DNA of 51,970 nucleotides from Patescibacteria group bacterium (GTDB lineage: Bacteria; Patescibacteriota; Patescibacteriia; 2-02-FULL-49-11): positions 1 to 51,970 of the forward strand of contig JBAZQN010000001.1 of NCBI GenBank assembly GCA_041645165.1, written 5' to 3'. Under the pieces are notes generated by a model. That model was given only the letters and a program-made list of their open reading frames with translations. It did no database searches and was not told where the DNA came from. This document shows positions 8,498-16,376 of this stretch, piece after piece. Each line of letters opens with the position of its first letter. Position 1 is the first letter of the stretch. A program made the translations under genes and the position numbers.

Positions 8498-9043
8498 ATG
8501 TCTATTCCAAAAAAACTCCTTAATTATTTACAGCAGAAAAAGGCGAAGTATGAGGTGGTCGAGCATAAGACCGTGTTTACCGCGTGGGACTTGGCGCAGA
8601 CGCTGCATAAGAAGCCGAAAGAGATCATGAAGACCGTGGTGGTGAAGCTCAACGGTAAAGAGCCGGTGCTCGTCCTGCTCACCGCGGACCAGATGCTTGA
8701 TAAGAAAAAATTCCTGAATGTAGTGAATGCATGGATCACGGCGCCGCGCGCACCGGAGGTCGCCGTGGCGCTAAGAGTTAAGCTCCATGGCAAAGCGCGC
8801 TCCCTTGTATTTGCTGAAGAGCGCTGGCTGCGCGAGAAAGTGCTGGGCAAGCCCGGCGCCACGCCGCCGTTTGGCGAAGTGGTGAAAATGCCGGTGTTCG
8901 CCGATCGGCAGGCCATGGCGTCCAAAATGCTGCTGCTTAATTCCGGAAGCTATGAAGCGTCGCTGCAAATGGCAAAGGAGCATTATGAAAAATTGCAGCC
9001 GGTGGTGAGGGGAAGATACGGTGTACTTCGTAAGCTCAAATAA
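8498..9043 (+). CDS. YbaK/aminoacyl-tRNA-deacylase-domain-like protein
   Basis: KLLNYLQQKKAKYEVVEHKTVFTAWDLAQTL...KTVVVKLNGKEPVLVLLTADQMLDKKK and GATPPFG resemble the YbaK/ProX editing domain. I chose the start at the internal ATG (MSIPKK). Confidence 0.5.
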   Translation: MSIPKKLLNYLQQKKAKYEVVEHKTVFTAWDLAQTLHKKPKEIMKTVVVKLNGKEPVLVLLTADQMLDKKKFLNVVNAWITAPRAPEVAVALRVKLHGKARSLVFAEERWLREKVLGKPGATPPFGEVVKMPVFADRQAMASKMLLLNSGSYEASLQMAKEHYEKLQPVVRGRYGVLRKLK

Positions 9044-9097
9044 CAAAGTTCAAAGTTCAAATGAAGATCAAATAACAAAGTTTAAAAGAATGACAAC

Positions 9098-9170
9098 CCT
9101 TCGACTTAGGCTCTCGGGTGACACGTCTTATTTGTCATGGTGAGCAATGTCATAGTGAGCCGAGTCGAAC
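9098..9170. repeat. Imperfect palindromic repeat (TTCGACTTAGGCTCTCGGGTGACA ... TGTCATAGTGAGCCGAGTCGAA)
   Basis: The inverted arms are separated by about 20 nt. This explains the artificial N-terminal extension of the 9137 ORF. Confidence 0.55.
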
Positions 9171-9271
9171 TACTGTCGAACCAAGGCATTTGTCCCGCTC
9201 CTTTATTCCTTATTCTCAAGGTAAGCGGGATCCCGTTGAGGCGGGAAATTTTGAGCTTTGAACTTTTATTT

Positions 9272-10039
9272 ATGGCAGCGTTTGAAGGAAGCAAGGCAAA
9301 CTTTACTATTAGTTTAGAGAAATTCGACGGTCCCTTGGACCTTCTCTTAAAATTGATAGAGCAGGATAAGCTCGCCATCACTGAGGTAGCGATTGCGCAC
9401 GTGACGGAACAATACCTGAAGGTCATACGGGAGACGGAAGGAGGGATGCATCCTGAATTGCTGGCTGATTTTCTCGTGGTCGCGGCAAAGCTCCTTTTTT
9501 ACAAGTCGCGCGCGCTGTTTCCCCAGTTAAACGTCGCAGAGGAAGAAGGGGAAAGTTTGGAATATCAATTAAGGCTCTATCAGAAATTCGTGGAGGCGTC
9601 CAAAGCGATTGAGAAACTTTTTCACCGGCGGCATTATGCGTTTGCGCGCGAGCGCCTCGGCGGGTTTGTCTCGCCGGAACACGGTGAAGGCGGGCAGACG
9701 GAAACCGTATTTGCGCCGCCATCGCATTTGAAGTCTGACCGGATGTATACGATCATGCTCCAGGTGCTGAAAAGCCTTGAGCCGATAGTGAAAGTGCCGA
9801 AGACGATCATTAGAAGGATGTTTTCCTTGCGCGATACCATACGCAGGATTGAGGAATTGCTGTGTGGACAGGAACAGATGCGGTTCGGATCGCTCTTGAA
9901 CGGCGCGCAGAATCGCACGGAAATCGTGGTGACGTTCTTGGCGCTTCTGGAGCTGGTAAAACAGCGCACGGTGGTGGTCACGCAGGCGGGGATGTTTGAG
10001 GAAATGACCGTGGTGAAAATCCTAAACCCTAAACCCTAA
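9272..10039 (+). CDS. scpA: Segregation and condensation protein A
   Basis: FTISLEKFDGPLDLLLKLIEQDKLAITEVAIAHVTEQYL is the ScpA N-terminal signature. The C-terminal winged helix is VVTFLALLELVKQ. Start moved to the ATG at 9272. Confidence 0.9.
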   Translation: MAAFEGSKANFTISLEKFDGPLDLLLKLIEQDKLAITEVAIAHVTEQYLKVIRETEGGMHPELLADFLVVAAKLLFYKSRALFPQLNVAEEEGESLEYQLRLYQKFVEASKAIEKLFHRRHYAFARERLGGFVSPEHGEGGQTETVFAPPSHLKSDRMYTIMLQVLKSLEPIVKVPKTIIRRMFSLRDTIRRIEELLCGQEQMRFGSLLNGAQNRTEIVVTFLALLELVKQRTVVVTQAGMFEEMTVVKILNPKP

Positions 10040-10175
10040 ATACTAAACAAATCCAAATATCCAAAATCAAAACAATTTGAAACATTGGCTATTGGAATTT
10101 TGAATTTTCCGCCGAAGGCGGATCCGCCTTTGGCGTGAGTTTAGAGTTTAGAAATTAGTGCTTAGAGTTTATCAA
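10016..10175. repeat. AT-rich long palindromic element, family G (CTAAAC/GTTTAG arms)
   Basis: The left arm CCTAAACCCTAAACCCTAAATACTAAAC overlaps the scpA stop. The right arm is GTTTAGAGTTTAGAAATTAGTGCTTAGAG. The core is related to 15716-15842. Confidence 0.7.
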
Positions 10176-10180
10176 TAGTT

Positions 10181-10762
10181 ATGTCCTTAGTATCCCAAAT
10201 TGAATCCCTCCTCTTTATTTCCAACCGGCCGCTGACGGTGCGTAAGTTGGCGGAATTGGTGGAAGCGAAACCGGATGAAGTCGCGGCGGCGCTTGAAGCG
10301 TTACGGGAGGCCACGAACAGCGAAGGGAGAGGAGTGGCGCTGGTAAAGGCGGGAGAATCCTACCAATTCGCCACGCGCGGCGAGCACGCGAAATTGGTTG
10401 CGGCGTTCGTGAAGGACGAACTGGTCGGCGAAATGACGCGTCCTCAGCTGGAAACGCTCACCATCATCGCGTATCGCGGGCCGGTTGCGAAATCGGAGTT
10501 AGAGCGCATCCGCGGAGTAAATTGCAGCCTGATATTGAGAAATTTAATGATACGAGGATTAGTAGAAGAGGCAGAAACGGGAAATGGGGGAGAGAGGGGA
10601 AACGAGGGACTGGATGCCCTGCTGCGGAAATACCACGTGACCCATGAATTTTTAAGATTCCTCGGGCTCACTTCGGTTGAGCAATTGCCCTCGTATGCGG
10701 AGCTTTCAAAACACGAATACCTCGAAGCTATGAAGAGCCAAGAAGAGCAACAGGCGGTATAA
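10181..10762 (+). CDS. scpB: Segregation and condensation protein B
   Basis: IESLLFISNRPLTVRKLAELV... LETLTIIAYRGPVAKSELERIRGVNCSLILRNLMIRGLV (tandem wHTH of ScpB). Confidence 0.9.
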   Translation: MSLVSQIESLLFISNRPLTVRKLAELVEAKPDEVAAALEALREATNSEGRGVALVKAGESYQFATRGEHAKLVAAFVKDELVGEMTRPQLETLTIIAYRGPVAKSELERIRGVNCSLILRNLMIRGLVEEAETGNGGERGNEGLDALLRKYHVTHEFLRFLGLTSVEQLPSYAELSKHEYLEAMKSQEEQQAV

Positions 10763-10905
10763 AGTTTAGGGGTTATCAATTAGGATTTATAATTTAGAGT
10801 TTATCTGGCTACGTCATAGCTTCGCTAGATCTGGCGCAGCCAGACCAGATCTCGTCGTAGCTTCGCTAGATCCCGCGTAGCGGGACGTAGCGAGAGAATT
10901 ATTCA
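10763..10905. repeat. Composite repeat region: family G fragment plus tandem 20-mers and GC hairpins
   Basis: CGTCATAGCTTCGCTAGATC (10812-10831) and CGTCGTAGCTTCGCTAGATC (10853-10872). Hairpin GATCCCGCGTAGCGGGAC. Confidence 0.6.
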
Positions 10906-10912
10906 TTACGTT

Positions 10913-11863
10913 ATGTCTCCTGCCATTTCATTCATTCTCTTCCTCACCACCTTTATCCCTTCGCTTCTGCATTCGAGCCCCGCGGTAACGAACGAACGGA
11001 TCGCGTCTCTTGCGCGCGGCAATGAGCCTGGAGAAGTGCAGGAGGAAGGCGACCGCCTCACGGTGCCGGTATGGCGCCCTGAGGACAAGAAAATACCGCA
11101 GCGCGTTCCCGGCGTGGCAGGCCCAAGTTTAAGCGCAAAGAGCGCACTGGTCGTGGATACCGATACCGGCAAAGTGCTTTATGCGAAAAACAGGGATGTC
11201 GTGCGGCCGCTCGCTTCCCTTACTAAGCTCATGACGGCGCTCGTGGCGGTTGACCTGCTGCCTGACCGCACCAAGAAGGTTACTATCATCAAGGCGGATG
11301 AAGCGGGAGGCGGACGGCTCTTAATCCGGCAAGGCGATGAAGTGACCGTAGAGGACCTGTTTTATTTGGCCTTGGTAAGCTCCTCGAATGACGCGGCGCT
11401 CGCGCTCGCGCGCGCCACAGGGAAGAGCCGGGCAGTATTCGTGAGCGCGATGAATGCGCGGGCGCGCCGCATCGGCCTCACGCGCGCGCGGTTCACCGAT
11501 CCCACCGGATTGGATGCGGGAAATGTCGCAACCGCAAAAGAAGTGGTACCATTATTGCAGGCGGTCGTGAGCAATCCTTTCCTCCAGCGGGTGGTCACCA
11601 CTAAAGAGTACCGCCTCGCGCTGGGCGAGGGAAAGATGAGCACCGTGCAAACCACCAATAAATTATTAGGGAACAGGTCCTTGCATGTGTTGGGCGGTAA
11701 GACCGGTTACATTGACGAGTCAGGATACAATTTTGCCATCCACGTGCAGGGGACCAAGGGCGAGACTCTCACGATCGTACTGCTTGGCAACCAGCAGGAT
11801 ACGGACCGTTTCACCCAGGCAAAAGCCCTGCTTGAGTGGGCGGAGAAAGCATGGAAGTTTTAG
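10913..11863 (+). CDS. D-alanyl-D-alanine carboxypeptidase (S11, PBP5/6-like)
   Basis: Signal-like N-terminus, then SxxK (ASLTK), SxN (SSSND) and KTG (GKTGY) motifs in the correct order. Confidence 0.85.
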   Translation: MSPAISFILFLTTFIPSLLHSSPAVTNERIASLARGNEPGEVQEEGDRLTVPVWRPEDKKIPQRVPGVAGPSLSAKSALVVDTDTGKVLYAKNRDVVRPLASLTKLMTALVAVDLLPDRTKKVTIIKADEAGGGRLLIRQGDEVTVEDLFYLALVSSSNDAALALARATGKSRAVFVSAMNARARRIGLTRARFTDPTGLDAGNVATAKEVVPLLQAVVSNPFLQRVVTTKEYRLALGEGKMSTVQTTNKLLGNRSLHVLGGKTGYIDESGYNFAIHVQGTKGETLTIVLLGNQQDTDRFTQAKALLEWAEKAWKF

Positions 11864-11974
11864 TCTTCATCACTGTAGCGTAAAGTTGCATTTATCGTGG
11901 CAAAAAGTTGCTTCTATTCTCGAAGATAGAAGCCAGTTAACGCCTTGTATTACGCCACAAAACGCCATTTGAGT

Positions 11975-12745
11975 ATGACAAAAAAGTATTTAGTCGCTAA
12001 TTGGAAAATGAAGCTCACCATTGCCGAAAGCATGGCGTTGGCGCGTGCGGTGTGCGAATTTGCGGAGCGGCATGATGCGTCTGATTTTCATATTGCGCTC
12101 TGCCCTTCGCACGCGGCATTAAGCGAAGTGGGAAAAATACTTTCCAGCAGCAATATCGCCTTGGGAGCGCAGGACGCCGCGCACGTGGACCGCGCGTCAT
12201 TGACCGGCGCGACTTCGCCCCTGCACTTGGCGGAGCTAGGCGTTCAAGAAGTGATTATCGGCCATTCGGAGCGCCGTGCCTTTTTTGGCGAGACCGACGA
12301 ATTGGTTCACCATAAGGCGAAGGCGGCGATCGCCCATGGGTTAACCGCAATCATATGCGTGGGAGAGCGCAAGGAAGAGCGCGAAGGGGGAGAAGCGGAA
12401 GCGGTCGTGCGCCGCCAGGTGCGCGCCGCGGTTGACGCGGGGACGCCGTGGGAAAAATTATGTATCGCATATGAGCCAGTGTGGGCGATAGGCACGGGGA
12501 CACCTGTGAGCCGTGAAGACGCGGTGGCGCAGACGAATGCGATCCGCGATGAGCTGGGGAAGGCTTTGGGCAATAAGGACGCGAGTGCGCGCATACCGGT
12601 GCTCTACGGCGGAAGCGTGGACGGGGACAATGTGCGCCTCTTTACTCAAGCGCCGCTTGATGGTACGCTCGTCGGCATGGCAAGCCAGTCGAAGGAGGGG
12701 ATGTACGCGCTCCTTTTGGCCTTGCAAACCCCGCCTCAAGAATAA
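11975..12745 (+). CDS. tpiA: Triose-phosphate isomerase
   Basis: VANWKM, IIGHSERR, YEPVWAIGTG, LYGGSV. Start set at MTKKY. Confidence 0.92.
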   Translation: MTKKYLVANWKMKLTIAESMALARAVCEFAERHDASDFHIALCPSHAALSEVGKILSSSNIALGAQDAAHVDRASLTGATSPLHLAELGVQEVIIGHSERRAFFGETDELVHHKAKAAIAHGLTAIICVGERKEEREGGEAEAVVRRQVRAAVDAGTPWEKLCIAYEPVWAIGTGTPVSREDAVAQTNAIRDELGKALGNKDASARIPVLYGGSVDGDNVRLFTQAPLDGTLVGMASQSKEGMYALLLALQTPPQE

Positions 12746-12755
12746 CTACACTTCC

Positions 12756-13559
12756 ATGCTGCTCCTCATCATATCCATTTTCGTATTTTTAGCCGCCATG
12801 GGGGGGCTGGTGCTGCTCGTGGTGAGAAAATTTCCGGTATTGTCGCTGTTGAATGTGCATGACGTGAAAGAGGAAGCGGAGCGCCGCGTGAAGCGCACGA
12901 TCCTTGAGCAGCGCATGTACCGGAAATTGGGCCACACGATCCGTACTTCTCTGCAAAAAATACGCCCGTTTCTCCTTTGGGCGCGGCAGAAGCTCGGGTC
13001 CGTCAAAGAATGGGCGCGCGCGCTCGAAGCGCGCTACCAACAGACGCTGGAAGAGGAGCGGCAAAGGGTCGTGCCCCAGATGCCGCAGTCGGTAGATGAG
13101 CTCATTGAAGAGGGGAAGAAACAGCGGGAGCGCGGGGATGATGCGGGAGCGGAGCAGACGATCCTGCGGGCGATCGCGTTGGACACGCGGTCGGTAGCCG
13201 CCTATAAAGCGCTCGCGCGGCTGTACGCGTCGCGTCGCGAGTATGACCATGTGAGAGAGCTCGATGAATTTATTTTAAAATTGGATCCGCATCAGGCAGA
13301 CGTGTATGCAGATCTCGGCGCTGCCCTCACCGCGTTGGGAGAATCCGCGCTTGCGCTCGATGCGCTTGAAAAGGCGGTGATGATAGAGGAAGAGAACCCC
13401 AAGTACCTTGATCAACTGCTGGAACTTGCTATACTGCGTAAGAAAAAGAGCCTGGCAAAAGAAACATTGGTAAGATTGCAGGAAGTAAATCCCGAAAACG
13501 AGAAAATACCCGTCCTTGTGGGGCGGGTGCAGGAATTGCCTGAAAAAGAAAGCAGTTAG
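12756..13559 (+). CDS. Membrane-anchored TPR-repeat protein
   Basis: TM segment MLLLIISIFVFLAAMGGLVLLVV, then TPR-like repeats (AYKALARLYASRREYDHV, ADVYADLGAALTALGESALALDALEKAV). The upstream part of ORF 12513 overlaps tpiA in another frame, so I discarded it. Confidence 0.7.
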   Translation: MLLLIISIFVFLAAMGGLVLLVVRKFPVLSLLNVHDVKEEAERRVKRTILEQRMYRKLGHTIRTSLQKIRPFLLWARQKLGSVKEWARALEARYQQTLEEERQRVVPQMPQSVDELIEEGKKQRERGDDAGAEQTILRAIALDTRSVAAYKALARLYASRREYDHVRELDEFILKLDPHQADVYADLGAALTALGESALALDALEKAVMIEEENPKYLDQLLELAILRKKKSLAKETLVRLQEVNPENEKIPVLVGRVQELPEKESS

Positions 13560-13733
13560 TGTCTAGTTGGTCAGTTGTTCAGTTGTTCAGTTTTTCAGTT
13601 TATCGGTTTGCATTTGTTATTTTTTTATTTTTAGGTTAGTCTGTGTGAAGCACGCGCCGTGTCATGAACGTTATTTGAAATCATTGAAGGGCGGTAAACA
13701 GCTCGATATAGAAATCGAGACAATGAAGAGTAA

Positions 13734-13802
13734 TGCCGTTGTAGCTCCACCGCTGGAGCGGGGCAGGCAGTTGGTACCCCGCAAATGCGGGGCATGGTAA
13801 GG
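13734..13802 (+). other. tRNA-Thr 5'-half-like fragment interrupted by GC hairpins
   Basis: GCCGTTGTAGCTC[caccgctggagcggggcaggc]AGTTGGTA[ccccgcaaatgcgggg]CATGGTAAGGA. The capitals are identical to the 13934-14009 tRNA. Confidence 0.6.
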
Positions 13803-13933
13803 ATGTGGTCTAGGAAAAACGTCATTTTGAAGCTAGGATTAGCCAAGGTGAAAAAAATGATGACCACTTCCTTGGGGTACATGGTCGCGGGCTAATGGGA
13901 AGACGAACGCAATTTTACAACCAAAAATCATAT

Positions 13934-14009
13934 GCCGTTGTAGCTCAGTTGGTAGAGCAACTCCATGGTAAGGAGTAGGTCGTCGGTTCAATTCCGACCA
14001 ACGGCTCCA
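13934..14009 (+). tRNA. tRNA-Thr (anticodon GGT), CCA encoded
   Basis: Acceptor GCCGTTG/CAACGGC, anticodon stem ACTCC/GGAGT with loop ATGGTAA, and T arm GTCGG-TTCAATT-CCGAC. Confidence 0.9.
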
Positions 14010-14030
14010 GATTTTTTCAGAGCTGCAAAG

Positions 14031-14197
14031 GCAGCTCCACCGCTGGAGCGGGGCAGGCAGGCATGGTAAGTCCCGCCGCACAATATTTATTGTAAAAATA
14101 ATGAAGGCGGGATCCCGCCAAGGCGGGAGAAGTAGGTCCCCCGCACAATGCGGGGCAACGGCTCCAGATTTTTTCAGAGCTGCAAAGACAGCTCCAC
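14031..14197 (+). other. tRNA-Thr-derived mosaic, with a 42-bp direct repeat of the tRNA 3' end and trailer
   Basis: AGCTC[same insert]..CATGGTAAG[60-nt insert]AGTAGGTC[ccccgcacaatgcgggg replacing the T arm]CAACGGCTCCA. The stretch 13999-14040 is repeated at 14156-14197 with one mismatch. Confidence 0.65.
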
Positions 14198-14237
14198 TTT
14201 TATTTAATCTGGCATAACCATTTATAGAGAGATTCCT

Positions 14238-14996
14238 ATGGCATCATCTCATCATGTTGCCCTGATCACCGGCGCAAGCTCCGGGTTCGGCCGCGCCACC
14301 GCCGCATTACTTGCCGCACACGGCTACGCCCTCGTCCTTATCGCGCGGAGGGAAGAACGGCTGCACGCATTGCAGAAAGAGCTCTCGGTTCCCGTCTATG
14401 TGAAGAGCCTGGATATCAGAAACCGAAATGAAGTAGAAGCGTTTTTCCAAACGCTCCCCGACGCGTTTTCTCCCATAGATGTGCTTGTTAATAATGCAGG
14501 CCTCGCGCTCGGCCTGACGCCCGCGCAGGATGCGCAACTGGATGACTGGGAAGGGATGGTGGATACGAATGTCAAAGGGCTTTTGTATGTCACGAGATGC
14601 GTGCTGGAAAAAATGAAACAGCAGAACCGCGGCATTATCATCAATATCGGTTCGGTCACGGGAGAAGTGCCGTACAAGGGCGGGAATGTCTATGGCGCCA
14701 CCAAGGCGTTCGTGAGCCAATTCTCGCGCAATCTGCGCACTGATTTATTCGGCACCAACATTAAGGTCACCAATCTCGAACCGGGAGCGGCGGAAACCGA
14801 GTTTTCCTTGGTGCGGTTCAAAGGGGATGCGGCGCGGGCGAAAAGCGTTTATGAACGCTCCACGCCGCTGACTGCGCAAGATATCGCCGAGACGATACTT
14901 TGGATAATCCAGCGGCCCGGGCACGTCAACATCGATTCGATACGCATCATGCCCCTTGACCAGACATGGAACGGCCTCGTGATGAATAAGAAATAA
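14238..14996 (+). CDS. Short-chain dehydrogenase/reductase (YdfG-like, NADP-dependent)
   Basis: TGASSGFG, NNAG, catalytic YGATK, and an overall length of 252 aa. Confidence 0.85.
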   Translation: MASSHHVALITGASSGFGRATAALLAAHGYALVLIARREERLHALQKELSVPVYVKSLDIRNRNEVEAFFQTLPDAFSPIDVLVNNAGLALGLTPAQDAQLDDWEGMVDTNVKGLLYVTRCVLEKMKQQNRGIIINIGSVTGEVPYKGGNVYGATKAFVSQFSRNLRTDLFGTNIKVTNLEPGAAETEFSLVRFKGDAARAKSVYERSTPLTAQDIAETILWIIQRPGHVNIDSIRIMPLDQTWNGLVMNKK

Positions 14997-15133
14997 GACG
15001 TAAGGCAGGGCGCAAAGGGCGCCGATTGATAATTTGGAACAATTATGTTAGTTTAAGAATGGCCGGACGCTGCAGAACGCATGTATTCGAGCCTTTCATA
15101 AGCGAGATGGCGACATTTAAAAAGAGAGGATGT

Positions 15134-15217
15134 GGGCAGGTGGCGGAGTGGTCAAACGCACCAGACTGTAAATCTGGCGCCCTTGTGGCTACGTAGGTTC
15201 GAACCCTACCCTGCCCA
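15134..15217 (+). tRNA. tRNA-Tyr (anticodon GTA), long variable arm
   Basis: Acceptor GGGCAGG/CCTGCCC, anticodon stem CCAGA/TCTGG with loop CTGTAAA, and T arm GTAGG-TTCGAAC-CCTAC. Confidence 0.9.
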
Positions 15218-15219
15218 AT

Positions 15220-15295
15220 GCCACCTTAGCTCAGCTGGCAGAGCAACACTTTTGTAAAGTGAAGGTCCTCGGTTCGAATCCGAGAGGTGGCTCCA
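15220..15295 (+). tRNA. tRNA-Thr (anticodon TGT), CCA encoded
   Basis: Acceptor GCCACCT/AGGTGGC, anticodon loop TTTGTAA, and T arm CTCGG-TTCGAAT-CCGAG. Confidence 0.9.
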
Positions 15296-15335
15296 GTATT
15301 CTTAATTCATTATTCCTAATTCTTTTGAAAGTATG

Positions 15336-15556
15336 CCCAGCAATACAACATCCAAGAGGGAGGCAAGACCTTATGCACATTTGAAGATAGATTGTAGGAG
15401 AGGCTTTATTAAGTAGAATGTTTTTTTCTTCGCCTCCCTCACGACTCGCCAAACGTTAAGAATAATGACAGAAAAAATTTATTCACTATGGTCGTATTAT
15501 TACATGATAATCATTCAGCAACAGCGCCGTTTGGCGTTGGATGTTGATATACTGGG
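15336..15556 (+). mobile_element. Structured 221-bp element, family H, copy 1, abutting the rpmG start codon
   Basis: Terminal inverted repeats are CCCAGCAATACAACATCCAA / TTGGATGTTGATATACTGGG. The internal stem is GAGGGAGGC/GCCTCCCTC. TATG lies on both flanks (15332-15335 and 15557-15560). A homologous copy lies at 37499-37721. Confidence 0.75.
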
Positions 15557-15557
15557 T

Positions 15558-15713
15558 ATGCCCTCACAAGATAATCTCATCAAAATGGAGTGCACGGATT
15601 GCCATCGCGTAGGATACTATACTTACAAGAACAAGCGGGTGAAAGTGCGCTTGGAACTCAAGAAGCACTGCAAGTTCTGCAAGAAACACACGATGCATAA
15701 GGAGACCAAATGA
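15558..15713 (+). CDS. rpmG: 50S ribosomal protein L33
   Basis: MPSQDNLIKMECTDCHRVGYYTYKNKRVKVRLELKKHCKFCKKHTMHKETK. It has the CxxC...CxxC zinc ribbon and the LELKKxCxxCxKHTxHKE signature. Confidence 0.9.
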   Translation: MPSQDNLIKMECTDCHRVGYYTYKNKRVKVRLELKKHCKFCKKHTMHKETK

Positions 15714-15715
15714 GA

Positions 15716-15842
15716 AATCCTAAACTCTAAGCACTAAATTCTAAACAAAATTCCAATGGCCGAAATTCAAAACGTATTTTTGGACATTTGGATTTCGAAT
15801 TTAGTATTTGTTTAGGGTTTCGGATTTAGGATTTAGAATTTT
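15716..15842. repeat. AT-rich long palindromic element, family G
   Basis: AATCCTAAACTCTAAGCACTAAATTCTAAAC ... GTTTAGGGTTTCGGATTTAGGATTTAGAATT fills the whole rpmG-to-next-gene spacer. Confidence 0.7.
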
Positions 15843-16226
15843 ATGGTCGCAAAGTCATCGTTATATGGTTTTAGTTCCGGCATTGCGATTCTCATCGTAA
15901 TGGTGTTGGTGTTGGGCGCTATTGTTTGGGGTTTGTGGCCTCGGGGGAAGACCTTTGAGCAGGTGACCGGATGGAGACTGCCGTGGGATAAGGCCAGCTC
16001 GGAAACCGGACCCTCATCCGAGGACTCGTCCGGAGATTTTGTGAATATTCAGGAGCGATTACAGATCGAGGAATGGATTACCAAAAACAGACTCAACCAG
16101 TACGGCGATCCCGCGGATACGCTTTATGAAGGAGGCTCTCCCTTAATGGATGAAGCGACTGGAAAGCTCATGACGCGGTACGAGTATCTCTTTAAAAAAC
16201 ATCCCACGAGGCCGTGGAGGCAATAA
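15843..16226 (+). CDS. Hypothetical membrane-anchored protein (127 aa)
   Basis: One N-terminal TM segment (GIAILIVMVLVLGAIVWGLW). I recognised no family. The stop codon abuts tRNA-Trp. Confidence 0.5.
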   Translation: MVAKSSLYGFSSGIAILIVMVLVLGAIVWGLWPRGKTFEQVTGWRLPWDKASSETGPSSEDSSGDFVNIQERLQIEEWITKNRLNQYGDPADTLYEGGSPLMDEATGKLMTRYEYLFKKHPTRPWRQ

Positions 16227-16297
16227 GGGGGGTTCGTATAACGGTAGTACAATGGTCTCCAAAACCATTAGCGAGGGTCCGACTCCTTCACCCCCTG
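16227..16297 (+). tRNA. tRNA-Trp (anticodon CCA)
   Basis: Anticodon stem ATGGT/ACCAT with loop CTCCAAA, and T arm GAGGG-TCCGACT-CCTTC. Acceptor GGGGGGT/ACCCCCT has a G-T pair at 1-72. The discriminator is G. Confidence 0.8.
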
Positions 16298-16315
16298 AAT
16301 TTACATAGCAATAAC

Positions 16316-16339
16316 CCAGAGGTAATCCCTCTGGTTTTT
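16316..16339 (+). terminator. Rho-independent terminator after tRNA-Trp
   Basis: CCAGAGG-TAATC-CCTCTGG-TTTTT. Confidence 0.75.
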
Positions 16340-16376
16340 GATTTATTTAAGTATTATTATGGTATAATTTATTTGT

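Noticed and set aside
10021-10045. CCTAAACCCTAAACCCTAAA, which looks like plant-type telomere repeats (CCCTAAA)n.
   Set aside because: There are only about 2.5 units. They overlap the last codons and the stop of scpA, and they form the left arm of a family G palindrome whose right arm lies 120 nt downstream. The context is bacterial throughout.
12513-12755. The N-terminal 81 codons of ORF 12513-13559, overlapping the 3' end of tpiA in another frame.
   Set aside because: The Arg/Trp-rich composition looks non-protein-like. A proper ATG at 12756 opens directly into a TM helix 8 nt after the tpiA stop. Analogous artificial extensions were trimmed for scpA, tpiA, rpmG, the YbaK-like gene, the IMPase-family gene, amrS and greA.
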